A stretch of DNA of 64,000 nucleotides from Eledone cirrhosa (Eukaryota), in the NCBI GenBank assembly GCA_964016885.1, contig OZ024743.1, positions 119,288,001-119,352,000 on the forward strand, given 5' to 3'. The position numbers and the translations under genes are program-made. Below, in pieces: positions 28,613 through 41,929 of the stretch. The notes under the pieces were generated by a model. The model did not search any database. It worked only from the letters and a program-made list of their open reading frames with translations, and was not told the DNA's origin. Each line of letters opens with the position of its first letter. Positions within the stretch are counted from its first letter, which is position 1.

Positions 28613-29203
28613 GTGAGGGTTTTTTTTACAAAATGAAAAATAACCGAGGTGTCCTACACGAGTGAAAGTATAAGAAAAAAAGATGAAATCGAAAATGCAA
28701 CTGCAGTCTTTTTTTTTTTAAATATATATATTTATTTGGTTCCTTTAACGGTTTCGCAGTTCTTCTGCTTTTCAAAAGTAGAATTGAGATGGAGGGTCTG
28801 TGGTTTTTCTCACATCTGGTTGGTCTTTAAATGTTACTTCTGTTTTATACGGAAAAAAGTGGTTCGAAATGCTAGGTTTTTAGAGAAGTAATTTGGTTGG
28901 TTGGTAAATAAGTATAATAAATTTCGCGCGCTAGTTCGCCTTACAAAGTTCTTCAAACAAAGGAGGGGGGGGGGGGGGGGCTCATGTTGTTTTTTCATAT
29001 ATGAGTAAAGTTTGGTTGGTTGATGCAGTCACGTGAATAAGCACATCAGCTCGCTCCAGTTTGTGTTTAAATTTCTTTTTACTTATCTCAATTCTACTTT
29101 TGAAAAGCAGAAGAACTGCGAAACCGGTAAAGGAACCAAATAAATATATATTAAAAAAAAAAAGACTCCAGTTGCATTTTCGATTTCATCTTTGTTCCTT
29201 TTA
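28605..29203. mobile_element. Family H insert with inverted arms in (TA)n
   Basis: ~28670-28790 is the reverse complement of ~29085-29200. Confidence 0.82.
29092..29135 (+). ncRNA. Minimal hammerhead, U3-A8 variant (family H); mirror copy at 28740-28783
   Basis: ttctactt TTGAAAA GCAG-aagaa-CTGC GAAA CCGG TA aaggaa. Confidence 0.78.
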
Positions 29204-29436
29204 TATATATATATATATATATATATTATGCCTTCACATGCCTCAGTCTCTTGTGGGAAAATCTGCCTGTGTTATTGTATTATCATGGTTTGTTATAATG
29301 TTGATTAATAAACCCAGTACGCATTCTCTCCATCCTTCACATATCCAATCTCCGTCATGCTATCCTCTACTGTTTCTCTACTGTTCTGGTGACTAAGCTT
29401 GGTAGAGCTTATATTCAGCTATATTTTTATTGAATA

Positions 29437-29483
29437 CGCTCTGAGGATTCCTGGCCCACGGTATGGATGAAATATTGTTAGCG
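29437..29483 (+). ncRNA. Hammerhead ribozyme (family I)
   Basis: cgct CTGAGGA tTCC...GGAt GAAA tattg TT agcg, followed by aataaa. Confidence 0.68.
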
Positions 29484-29648
29484 AATAAAAATTGTATAAG
29501 TGTGTAGGCGTTCTTTGATTTATTTTATTTATAACGGCTCTGTTTCGTACATTGAGCTAATACGATACTGTCACAAATATGACACTGTGCAGATGTGCTT
29601 ATGCACATATGATCTGTGGCCTACGTAAATAATATATATAGATGTATG

Positions 29649-29737
<89 letters not shown>

Positions 29738-30029
29738 CTATGTACACGTACATACATATATGTATACAGACGTACAGTAGTATGTATATATATATATACA
29801 TACATGCACATATATATATATGTACGTATGGATTCACCGAACATTTATTATAATGCTCGGTGTGTTTGTAAATAAACATCCCGTATTAAGCCGTAGTGTC
29901 TAGCAACCATCGTTGCTCGTTTGTTAAACACTGACAAAGGAACGCTGTTAATATGCATAAGGTTCAATCTGGCAGGAAGGTATACGTTGCTGACGATAGC
30001 TAATAAGCTTGAAACTAGTACAGCGTTCC

Positions 30030-30398
30030 TTTGCAATTATGCAAACGGCCTCTTTAAGCCATGTGAGTAAAATGATCTCGTCATCCTTGCTCTTGTGTTG
30101 GGCCTGCTAATATACAGATCTGACTGATCAGTCAATCTGTTATTTGCAAATCAGGCCGATCAGTCACAGTATATTCCAATAAATGTCATATATTTTCGCT
30201 AACTTTGGCAGTTGGCAGGTAAGCAATATACGGTATTGATGAAGGGAAATCACCCAGAAACATTAGTGTCTGCCGTTATGTTTATATGTCGACACAATAG
30301 CAATAATGACGGAGTGATTCTACTCACATATCTTAAAAAGATTGTTTGCATAGTTGCAAATGAATCGAATATTATTAATATTCGAAAGACTCAGATAT
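30030..30398 (+). mobile_element. Family J insert with hammerhead at 30231-30275
   Basis: cggta TTGATGA aGGG-aaatca-CCCa GAAA CAttagTG TC tgccg. Homologous to 59371-59810 and 45240-45335. Confidence 0.72.
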
Positions 30399-30502
30399 AG
30401 ATTTCTTGTATTCAGCCATGTACGCGATGAAACTATTTGTTATATATATATACAAGGAGAGAGAAAGATAGAGATAGATAAATATATATATATTAACTCA
30501 CT

Positions 30503-30859
30503 CAGATGGGGGATGGGTGTTACACGAGAATGCTGTGGATGGCTCTGAACCTTAATCAGTATACACTGAGGATGAAAAACTCAGAGCTGTATGGGAGCCT
30601 CTCAAAAGTCAGCTCAAAAGTGACACAGAGGAGACTGAGGTTAGCTGGACATGCTCACCGACATCCAGAGTTGACATTGCACTCAGTGCTCCTGTGGGAG
30701 CCACTACATGGACACACTGGAAGAGGAAGACCAAGGATAACGTATGTTGATGCCCTAAGGACAGACACCGGTCTGTTGGAGACGCAGGACATGGCAGCGA
30801 TAATGAGGGACAGATACCACTGGATAGAACTCGTCCATGGATCTCGGGTATTTTACCCG

Positions 30860-30862
<3 letters not shown>
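30503..30862 (+). mobile_element. RTE-X-like LINE 3' end
   Basis: GCYTRML.MALN...ELYG.L.KVS.KV.QRRLRLAGH..RHPE...LLWEP.HG..GRGRP, ending in (TA)n. Confidence 0.8.
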
Positions 30863-30889
<27 letters not shown>

Positions 30890-30893
<4 letters not shown>

Positions 30894-31373
30894 TTGCGAG
30901 GTTTTTTATATGAAATCATGTGTCGAAACAAACATTGTTATACTTGGGGAGGGTCATATTTGTGTAATATTGCCAGAATTAATAACAGAACACACTCACT
31001 GTTTGGTTGGTTTTCGCTTTTCGCTTCTGTGTCTTTTATATCGGTAATCTAATTTATTCGGTCCTCAATGTTGCCATTGACTGACCAACGTTCAAAAATA
31101 ATACAGATACAATATAGACACAAACACATATATATAGTTTATCAAAGTTCTTTCGTTGCACATCTGCAACATCGTCACTGGTGCTATTGTTTCCTCCCGT
31201 TACATTGTATGTCTAAGCCATCTTTATTTAGTCTGTTTATCTAAGCGAAAAGCGAAAACCAACCAAACAGCGAGTGTTTATCGAAGCGAAAGCGAGAACC
31301 AACCAAACAGCGAGTGTGTTCTGTTATTAATTCTGGCAATATTACACAAATATGACCTTCCCCAAGTATAACA

Positions 31374-31375
<2 letters not shown>
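30890..31375. mobile_element. Family A-related insert with inverted arms and degenerate hammerhead (31141-31182, minus)
   Basis: 30935-31025 is inverted at 31284-31375. Minus strand reads GTGACGA t GTTGCA-gatg-TGCAAC GAAA gaac TT tgat. Confidence 0.72.
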
Positions 31376-31459
<84 letters not shown>

Positions 31460-31462
<3 letters not shown>

Positions 31463-31938
31463 TAAACGGAATAGAAAATGCTGACAAATTGTTCACAGTT
31501 GAAAAATGGTTTAATTAGGAATAAAAGAGTATTAGTGATTGTATGGGTTAGTATTCAGTTGTGGTTTTAAGTTTTTAAGTTTTTACCGGTTGCGCATTTC
31601 TAAATGCTTTTCAAAAATAATTTTGAGATAGAGTGTCCGTGCTGTTTGCTCTGATCTGATTAGTTTTGGGAATTCTACCTGTTTTTATGTTAAAAAAATG
31701 GCTCCAGCGTTATTTTTGTGTTGTAAAAATGCTTGTGGTCAAAACAATTTTGATTGGTCGGTAGAGGTCATGTGAATGTAAAAAGTTGATTTTGCGCCAA
31801 GACTGTTTTTATGTTAAAATGTTAGAAAAGTGGCTCCAGCAAAAATTATGGTCAAAACAATTTTGATTGGTCGGTAGAGGTCATGTGGATAAAAAATTGG
31901 TTTTGCGCCAAGATTGAGAAATGACTCTTTCACAACAA

Positions 31939-31996
<58 letters not shown>

Positions 31997-32065
31997 TAGT
32001 AGTAGTAAGGTGTTCGATGCTGCGACAATAGCCACCAGCGATGTGTGTCAAATGGCTATTAAGAT

Positions 32066-32113
<48 letters not shown>

Positions 32114-32407
32114 ACATACACACAGCAGAGTCATTCGAAGGTCAAAAGATATTTTTCAGCTTTTGTCTTATACGGAGAAGTGCGTGTGTGTGTGTGTGTG
32201 TGTGTATAAGTCTCTTTGTATGTTGATGTACGCGTGTGTATGTGTTTGTGTATATATGTGTGTATGTGTGTGTGTGCGTGTGTGGGTGGACCAGTATTTT
32301 TTCCCCCCTGGTAAAATGGTGTACATTATTCGATTTTTTCAGTAAAATCGGTTCTCTTAATAGAACATCAACAATCTTAACAATAAAAGGTGTGAAATGA
32401 TATTCAC

Positions 32408-32452
<45 letters not shown>

Positions 32453-32455
32453 TTT

Positions 32456-32492
<37 letters not shown>

Positions 32493-33484
32493 TACATACA
32501 TATATATGCACATATATTTTTTTGTATTGCACCATAGAGCATGTGTGTTTACGTGTGTCATTGTGTTTATATGTGGGTAGAGATGTGTGCTGATCTAGGT
32601 ATGTATGTTGACGTGTGTATGTTGTGGGTTCGTCTTAGGGAGAAGTGTTTAGACGGGGTCCGTATTTGTTAATGAAGTAAGATTCCTTGCTGATGCGCTG
32701 GGTGTGGGTGGCATTATCTTTAAATTTGTAGAGGGGAAAGATTCTGAAGTTGGGATGATTTTGGGCGGCGCAGGTATCAATGTGTTCACTCAGTGGTATT
32801 TTCCTGTATTCCCGTATTTTAATTTGGGATCTATGGACAGTCATGCGTTGGCGGAGGCTGTTTTTGGTCTGGCCTATGTATTGTTCTCGACAACCTGAAC
32901 AAGTTAATACATATATTAAATTTTCCGATGCACATGTGAAATTGTGTTTTACTATAAAACGTTGTCCATCTTTGAAATAGAATTCCGAACCCTCTATTAG
33001 GTTGATGCAAATGCCACAGTTGGGTCTATCGCATTTTTTTACTGTGGGTTTCGTTGTTGTGGTTGGCAGTACTTTGGCATGTGTTAAGATGTTTTTCATT
33101 GACTTGGATTGTCTTTTGCTCTTTATGATATCGTGTGTTCGTAGAATTTGGTTCATTCTATGGTCCTTTTTCAATACAGGGATGTTCTGGAGGATGGTGT
33201 CAAAGGCCTCGTTGTTGAGGGGGTTGTGTGTGGAGATGTATGGAAGAGCTTTTAGTTTTGGTTGATTTACTTTAGGGTGTCTAAGGTCCTGGGTACTGAG
33301 TTTTAGGGCACGTTGGATTCCATTGTGAATTAGTGATGCAGGGTAGTCCCTGCCTATGAGTGTGTCCAATCACTAATACTCTTTTATTCCTAATTAAACC
33401 ATTTTTCAACTGTGAACAATTTGTCAGCATTTTCTATTCCGTTTACCAATATATAATAACTTGTGTGTTACACCTCTATTCTTT

Positions 33485-33488
<4 letters not shown>
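31460..33488 (-). mobile_element. 5'-truncated PLE (Neptune-like, family G) with an inverted pLTR+tail at its 5' end
   Basis: GIY-YIG ORF on minus. 33370-33452 is the reverse complement of 31460-31540. (TA)n on both sides. Confidence 0.88.
32635..33369 (-). CDS. PLE linker + GIY-YIG endonuclease (5'-truncated, uninterrupted frame)
   Basis: RDYP..LI, LPYISTHNP, CDRPNCGIC, FTCASENLIYVLTCSGCREQYIGQT..SLRQRMTVH, ESYFI...P.LN. Confidence 0.88.
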   Translation of the reverse strand: MDTLIGRDYPASLIHNGIQRALKLSTQDLRHPKVNQPKLKALPYISTHNPLNNEAFDTILQNIPVLKKDHRMNQILRTHDIIKSKRQSKSMKNILTHAKVLPTTTTKPTVKKCDRPNCGICINLIEGSEFYFKDGQRFIVKHNFTCASENLIYVLTCSGCREQYIGQTKNSLRQRMTVHRSQIKIREYRKIPLSEHIDTCAAQNHPNFRIFPLYKFKDNATHTQRISKESYFINKYGPRLNTSP

Positions 33489-33568
<80 letters not shown>

Positions 33569-36061
33569 TTATCATTATCATCATTTTCAGTACGTATTTG
33601 GTCTTTGCAATGGTGCAATGGGCAGGCCTCCCCGAACAGGTGCTGATTTTTTTTCTATTCTGTGTGGCTTTCGTTCATGTAATGTTGATAAAATTCTCGA
33701 TCTCATTTTTTCTTTCCGTTCTGCGCAAGCCTATCTTCCCCAGTCTCCATTCTGAAATAGCTATGGTAATCTTGTGTCAACTTTTTGTGACACGTGCACA
33801 CTTGAAATTCTCTTTATGATTTTTATGATCGTTTATTTGTTTGCTTTCTTATCCATTGGCAATCCTTTTATGAACTCTTATATGTTTGCTCTCTTATCCA
33901 TGATGTTTACTTTGCTAAAAGCACAACATCCAAAGCCGTTCCAAATTACGTCTCATAATATAACCGTAGAGTTCGATTACTTAAATCACGGGTTTATCAG
34001 ACGACGTCAGACACCATATATCTAGGACGACACTATCGAATATGTCCTTACTGTTTTAAGACTTTAGGTTGTGACTTTAGGGTTGTCTACCTACTTGTTG
34101 AAGCGGATCGAAAGACCATGCTGCTCAGACAAATGTCAAAAGCGATCAAATAGAGTATTTCAGCAGTAATATTTGCATTTTAATAGTATCTTGGACTACA
34201 TTGTATCCCCAATATTCTTAAGATGGTTGGAGATGATCTGAGGAGGATTTGTCTGTTATTTCTATCCGGACGATCGACGGCCCTCTCATGTCTCAGTTTA
34301 AACGACGGATCAGAGGCTCACCTCGTTCAGACATGACGTTTAATCAATCCTCTTACCACCAGTGTTTTATTTTCTTTACCAAATATTAGTGGAAGTAACA
34401 TAATTTATTTGGTTGTGGTAGAAAGGTTTGTACCTCAACTTCCTCTTCGTGTAGTGTATATCTGGAAACACCAAGAGAGGCTACATTAAGAAACACTTAG
34501 ACACAATGAAACACGTTTAGGAGGTTTTAGTGAATTCCATAGTGCGTCATTGGTAACCAAAGTGTAGATTTTATTCGGATGTGAAAATGTGTTGCTTTTT
34601 AGCATCATTTCAGATTTCACCAAGCACAGCTGTAATCAAAGTTACTTAAGTCGAGGTCATCCCGGCCATTTGGGTGTATTTACGACTACATTATGTAATG
34701 ATTGTTCAAGCAAAATGTAACTAGAAAGAATTGATTCAATGTATCCTTCTTTCTTTCAGACGGTACGACGAATTTTGAGGAATACATAACTGCTTTTTCA
34801 AGAATGTCGAATGACCCAATGAGGACGCTGCTTCATAACAATACTTAATCATATATTTTTATGCTATGGGTTCAAATCCTGTCGAAGCTGACTTTCTCAT
34901 TCATCTTGTTCGGGTGATAAATAAAGTAATCGTCAAGTACATGCATCGCTAATTCCTTCTCTCCACACTTCTCTCAGAATTAGTCACACTCGTCATGATG
35001 GTTTCTAGAAAAAAAATCACCCGATGGAAAGCAATGAAAACGCACCTCTTTATTTCCCTAGGAAAATTCCACAAGCCCAGCGCACAGTGAATTCGAACAA
35101 AGGCATCAAAAGACGTTCATAAACTTAATAGTGCAAAGAGTTCTTTTCAATTATTTCTACATCTCCCCCAACAAATTGTAGCCTTGTGCCAACATTATAA
35201 CACATAAGATTTGGGGTGGGAGGAAGATAATATTTTGAGGAAAATACATTTTCCTCAAAATATTAATTCAGGTCCCAGTTTCAATATCATTTTGCATCAA
35301 ATATTAACAGTTCTAGGGTAAAGCGTGGTCACAGACACTTGAAAAAATCGTATGTTTTACACTTATCTAAGGGATAAAACATATATCCCTAGTAAAACAA
35401 AACATGTATATAAGTGTAAAAGCCTTTCGAATTATCGAAGTGCTGGGAATATTTGAAATTTGAAGATGTGCGAGCCCGAAACGTGGAAATGTACTGTAGT
35501 AACAGTCGATCACTATAGATAATACTTGGGTAAATTACCATTGGGTAAATTACCATTAAGGACGGTAAAAAATATATTTTACGTAAATTTGCGTTACTTA
35601 TTTGCATTCATTCCGAATGAGTTTAGCTGGCCCTAAACAGCGAATCTACAGTGTCAAAAATAGAAGCCAACCAGGTACAACAATCATAGATGCCAGACGT
35701 AGCGATAGTGAAGCAGTCGCGATTATAACAGCATACAACATATAAGCAAGGACAACATATCGATATAAAATTCGACTTGATCGTACTAACCCATTTTTTC
35801 CGTAGCCCACCTCACCGTTTACACCATCCGCAGAGGGTTCTGATGAGAACGCATTGCAAATGAGTTCACCCTATTGACGTTGGACTGCGTGACCAAACCA
35901 ATCAGGAAGATATTTCCCCTCTCACATTTTCTAAGTCTTTCTGTCTCCTCTTTCTCTCTACATATGTATGCAGATATATTTTTGTATAGATATATGCATG
36001 ATGCATGTATATGCATGTAGTTATATTTATGTGCGTGTATGTGTGTATGTGTGTGTTTGTG

Positions 36062-36100
<39 letters not shown>

Positions 36101-36303
36101 TTGTGTGTGTTTTATATCGTGTGTTGGATAATGAGCTACTACTTCATCATTCTGTTATTAGAAAGGCAGGTCGAAACTTGTCATCCAGTCTCAAATGCGT
36201 GAGTTTATGTGTATATGTAGACAAACACACACATATATATTTTACATATGTATACATACATTTATATGCATGTATATATAAGTATTTGTGTAAATATATA
36301 TAC

Positions 36304-36361
<58 letters not shown>

Positions 36362-36380
36362 GCATATATATATATGTATA

Positions 36381-36494
<114 letters not shown>

Positions 36495-39299
36495 TGTGTT
36501 ATAAGATGTTTCCTGTTTGGTAGCCGGGGCTGTGTTTGTGTCACTCCAAGCAACAAAATCATGGTGTATTAGCAAAAAGTACTCTACTCATACGTATTGT
36601 ACCAATGTTGATATTGTATCGCATGGATAGAGCAGAACAGAGTTAAATACATTAGTAATACTATACGAAGACTAGATTTCAAAACTTATTAAATTACGCA
36701 ATATACTTAATACATATTTTTGTTATGAAATCTTTACGCTATGTTTGCATGCCTCTATCCATGGCACGCCTTCATCAGATCACCCATTAAGTAATCCATA
36801 TGTAAAGCACTGTAATACATTGATATGGTGAGAGCCCTGCATTTGTTGTTGCTATTCCAAATGTCTTTATGATTTACGTTAATCTTATAGTGTGTGTTGC
36901 TCGGCATATTTAAGAGGAGGGGTTTTTTTTTTACCGCTTAACCACGTCTACTAACACACGCTGTACGACTTACGGGGGTCATACACTCATATGGGAAAAG
37001 GCGTTTGGAATAACAACATCAAACGCAGGTCTGTCATCAATCATTACAATCAATACATTACATTGCCCTATATATGCATCATCGCAAAAACTCCAAAACT
37101 GTGAAGGAAAAAAGGAATGTGATCCCACAGCAGTGGTCAAATCCCACAGCAGCCAGATCATTGATATACAATCTGGAATGAGATAGACAACAACAGGAGG
37201 AAAACGAAGGTGGGGACGATTTCAGGCTACTTGGCGTTAAACAATTTAGGTGGGCCTGAAGGCTGTGAGGAGACACCCATAAAACATAGAATATGCATCC
37301 GATCCAGAACAGTGCCATTCGATGGGAGAAAATACTCAGGATTGATTGGCTGACAAACTGAGAGCTATATCACAATACATGTTTAAGGTGTAACAAATGC
37401 GGATCCAGCACCGGCATTGTCGTCGGTAGTAAAGCTAAATTTAATATCAAAGTCCCCCACATTGCACATATAATAGATATTTAAGCTGATAAGAACAAAG
37501 GCAACGTTTTTATCTCATACAACACACTGAGATATGATCACTCTCCAACACAGACCAAGTTACATTTATGCTCCTATGAAATATCCGGTTTATTTAGTTA
37601 AATTGCAAAGCAGATTATGTCTCTTCTACCGTTGCTGAAAATACCCCATCAACATTGACAGAACTGCATCTGTCCTAATATTAAATGGCAATCTCTACAA
37701 CCCTTTTGTTTCATGAAAATTGTGCATTACAATCAGAACCTAGCTATTAATGATGCGTAGTAGTTTGGCTAAAATGAGGTGTGAACACGCACTCACACAC
37801 ACTCGCACGCACACATACACATGCGCGCACACACACACACACACACACATACACATAGGCATAAACAAATAAACCAAACAGCAATTGGTCATTTATGTTC
37901 TTCAATATCAGTCAGATGAATAAATCATCATTCCTGATCTTAAAATAGCCTCGTTGTAAGATCACCGATAACTTCCGTTTTACGTGTAGACTCGTGTTCT
38001 AGTAAAAAAAGTAAGAAAAGAAAAAAATCTTGTTGTATGTATATTGTAATATTTTTGCTTTAAACTTACGAAGCATTTTATGATTGTCCAGGATTGTAGT
38101 ACACACCAGTCCTAATAAGCTATCAATACGCTATTGTAATATATTGTGAAATCAAATAACTGGAGCAGAACAAATCATAGAGGCAAATCACACCTCTGTT
38201 ACACCAGCCATATGCAATAATAATATTTGAAGATCTATTAAACTATTAATTACAATGCAGTCGTGTTTCTTATTTATTCCTCTTCATTTTGTTTTACATT
38301 TTGTTTTTAATCTGGAGTAGTAGATTGTTCATGTGCATAAAAAACCTGAATTCGATTTACTAAAAGTATTTGAACATGCTTAATAGGATATCTTTTATTG
38401 ATTAAATGCGACAAAACTTCTTTAACCGTGTGAAATAAAAGAGAGAACATCCTTGACATAATACATACGCGCGTATGTATTATGTCAAGAATGTATGTAT
38501 GTATGTATGTATGTATGTATGTATGTATGTATGTATGTATGTATGTATGTATGTGGTTCCGTAGTTACCGATGATCTTGATCTTTTCTTCTATTCGGGTT
38601 ATAGTTACTGTCGCTCAGAGACAGGAATTGGCTCAGTGCACAGTCTTTCCTCACTTAAAAAAAAGATCTTCACTCACAGGCATTGCACGATAGCATTAAT
38701 TGATAATTATTAATAATGTTATATCGTGCAATGACCATACTCGATAACGAGTATGTTCTGATTTTATACTTTCATATATTTTTAACAGTTTTCAACATAG
38801 ACACAAGACTCTCCCATTGGGATTTAGACATCGACTAGGTAGATATGCATGCATGTCTGCATGCGTGCGTGTGTGTGCAGGTGTGGATGTTATTGTATGT
38901 GTGCATGTGTATGTTTTGTATGTGTGTATGTTTTGTATGTGTGCATCTGCATATATGTTATATCTGTACATGTGTACATACAGTTATTACATATGTATGG
39001 ATGTATATATGTATGTGCGTGTATGTATGTATGCATGGATGTATGTGTGTATGTATGCATGGATGTATATATCTTTATTGGATGGCTGTTGACTCTTCTG
39101 AGTTCCTCCGCCCTTTGACGTGTTTTTTTCTTGTTGTTGAGCGAGAGACTCCTAGTCTTCCTTACGACATCTCTCTAGGAGACAGTCACTCTCATATAAA
39201 ATCTGCGAATTCGTTTGTATCCAATGACCAGTTGTTCTTTTTGGGTAAATGCATTCGATCTTCAGAGCGTGTTGTTGGGCCCGTGCAAAGCCTTTCCTC

Positions 39300-39340
<41 letters not shown>

Positions 39341-39345
39341 GATAA

Positions 39346-39760
39346 ATCTACCAAGAGTTTACGGTAGTGTCCAATCCGTATGAAGAACTCAATGTAATCC
39401 GGATATCATGGAAAGAAGAGATGCAATGAAATATCACTTTCGGTGAAAGATAAGCGGAATACAGAGTCAAGATAAAATATTAAAAAAATAATGAATAAAA
39501 CAATGAAACAGTTCCTTATATTAAACAAAAAAAAAAACAAAAAAAAAAAAGTTCATTATTTAACGATCGTTTCTAGGATATATATATTCTGAAGACGGCA
39601 TATATATTTAATTTTGATAGTTTGTATAATTTTGTACATAGATCTGTTGAATATGCATGCCAATTCTAACACATATATATCCTAGAAACGATTGTTAAAT
39701 AATGAACTTTTTTTGTTTAATATAAGGAACTGTTTCATTGTTTTATTCATTATTTTTTTA

Positions 39761-39770
<10 letters not shown>
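39346..39770. mobile_element. Insert with inverted arms in (TA)n; possible long-stem-II hammerhead (~39586-39702)
   Basis: 39473-39586 is inverted at 39672-39768. CTGAAGA ... GAAA CGATYG TT aaata. Confidence 0.65.
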
Positions 39771-39802
<32 letters not shown>

Positions 39803-39810
<8 letters not shown>

Positions 39811-40225
39811 CAAAAGATGGTTAAAAGAGTCCCATGTATTTTATTATGCGCATTTCAAAAACAAATATCATCATGCAATAACATTTGCGTTTTCGTCAGA
39901 TAAAATAGGGAGACATGATATGAAGGTTAAACACACACTTGTGAATAGTACAGTTTTAAATCAACATATCATATGTTGATTTAAAACTGCACTATTCACA
40001 AGTGTGTTTTAACCTTCATATCATCTCTCCCTATTTTATCTGACGAAAACGCAAATGTTATTGCATGATGATATTTGTTTTTGAAATGCGCATAATAAAA
40101 TACATGGGACTCTTTTAAACATCTTTTGATCTTATATATTATTTATACTCCAGTCCTACAAACTGTAGAGTGCTTCTTATCCGATATCTGCATTGCTTTA
40201 TTGTACTACAATAAAACTCACCTCC

Positions 40226-40230
<5 letters not shown>
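39803..40230. mobile_element. Family C fold-back insert (~165-bp arms, 1-nt spacer at 39970, tail)
   Basis: Near-perfect palindrome within (TA)n. Confidence 0.9.
40032..40102 (+). ncRNA. Hammerhead ribozyme (family C); mirror copy at 39837-39907
   Basis: tattttat CTGACGA, long stem II, GAAA TGCGCA TA ataaaata. Perfect 8-bp stem I. Confidence 0.87.
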
Positions 40231-40255
<25 letters not shown>

Positions 40256-40259
<4 letters not shown>

Positions 40260-40458
40260 AACGAGTAGGACCCCGACGGCTGAGCTCAAGCCGTTTCGAC
40301 GGCTAATTCTGGACTAAATTTAGTCCAGAATTAGCCGTCGAAACGGCTTGAGCTCAGCCGTCGGGGTCCTACTCGTTCCTATTACCCACTCTACTACCCT
40401 AAGTATTGAGTACTTTGGTGCGTTATGGTCCACCTGGTTCCTTACCACATTTCCTTCG

Positions 40459-40461
<3 letters not shown>
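40256..40461. mobile_element. Family F fold-back insert
   Basis: Perfect palindrome centred on aaattt (~40318), followed by the tail. Confidence 0.87.
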
Positions 40462-40494
<33 letters not shown>

Positions 40495-40502
<8 letters not shown>

Positions 40503-41095
40503 ATACTTTGGGAGGGTCATGTTGCCAATACGAAACACACGCACCAGTTGCTTTCACTCCAATTTATTATACATTTTTTTAAAATGTTTAAACAAATTTT
40601 TTATAAATTTCCGGTTGGTTGGTTGGTTGGTTCCACAACCGGACGGTTGTTCATATATTGTCAAAGTTCTTTCGTCACACATTCTGTGACCTCTTCAGTG
40701 ACTGGGGATTCTTTTCTTTGTTTTGTGCCTCTCCTTTGTTCTGTCCTACGCCATCTTGTTTTTGTGCGTGTTGTGTCAACACAAAAACAAGATGGCGTAG
40801 GACAGAACAAAGGAGAGGCACAAAACAAAGAAAAGAATCCCCAGTCACTGAAGAGGTCACAGACTGTGTGACGAAATTACTTTGAAAATATATGAACAAC
40901 TGTCCGGTTGTGGAACCAACCAACCGGAAATTTATAAATTCTTAAATTTATAAATTTAATTTATAATAAATTGGAATGAAAGCAACCGGTGCGTGTGTTT
41001 CTTATTGGCAACATGACCCTCCCAAAGTATAACAATATCGGTTTCAACACACGTTTTCAGATAAAGAATCTTGCTAAACAAATTCAGAAACGAAA
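40495..41095. mobile_element. Family A fold-back insert with hammerheads at 40660-40702 (minus) and 40844-40886 (plus, degenerate)
   Basis: Arms 40495-40766 and 40780-41038, then the tail. Matches 2500-2815. Confidence 0.88.
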
Positions 41096-41929
41096 TATAT
41101 ATATATATACATATATGGACGTGCCACAATGAATATTGATCTTTGTCCCTAAGCACAAATGCAATGATTGTTGTTGCAGTTTAGACCCAGGTCAACCTTA
41201 TCGATCAGTCTTATGAAAAAAGGAATTACAACGGTTACCACCCTCACCTTTTTCGAAACTATATACATAATTCATTGATAAAGTTATTACGCAACTTTAT
41301 ATATGATACTAGCTGTTTTCATGTCAAATGTAGATCTTATTACTGGCGATAATATCTCTTTCGACTGCGCAGCATTTCTTCAGACATCAAAATGCTTACA
41401 AATGGTTGATCGATAGAGTGTGAGAAATTACAAGAAATGTCCGTTATCATTGAGTAGAGTGGGGCAACAAAGCAACTGTTTTATATTAAGCTGTTGCCTC
41501 TGATACCATTTTGTGTATATTTGAAAACAATACAGTATATAGTTGAAATAGTTTGTTTCTAAAGTAAAAAAAAATCCCCTGAAAAGTGGTATTCATCAGA
41601 GTAGCTTTCTTGAAGGAATAGAAGTAAAAAATTTTGAAAGGAAAGGACAGACACATATTAGGAGAATGTATAGATAGCACACGCTATATAGTTTGAGAAG
41701 ATCATTTTTGAAGGTATTTGGCAATCATAGTAGATCTGTCTGCTTATCTGCTGTATGGACTTGTGGCCTGGAGAGTGTTATTTCCAAGAAGAAAGTATAT
41801 ACTTCATAAAATAAGGACAATATGTAAATGTTTCATTGGAGGATGTCCTTCCTTGATGAATGAAATTCTTTTCAGTCATGCAAAGCTAGCATTTCTTGGA
41901 AATCCGCACACGCTATGCCTAATCAAATT

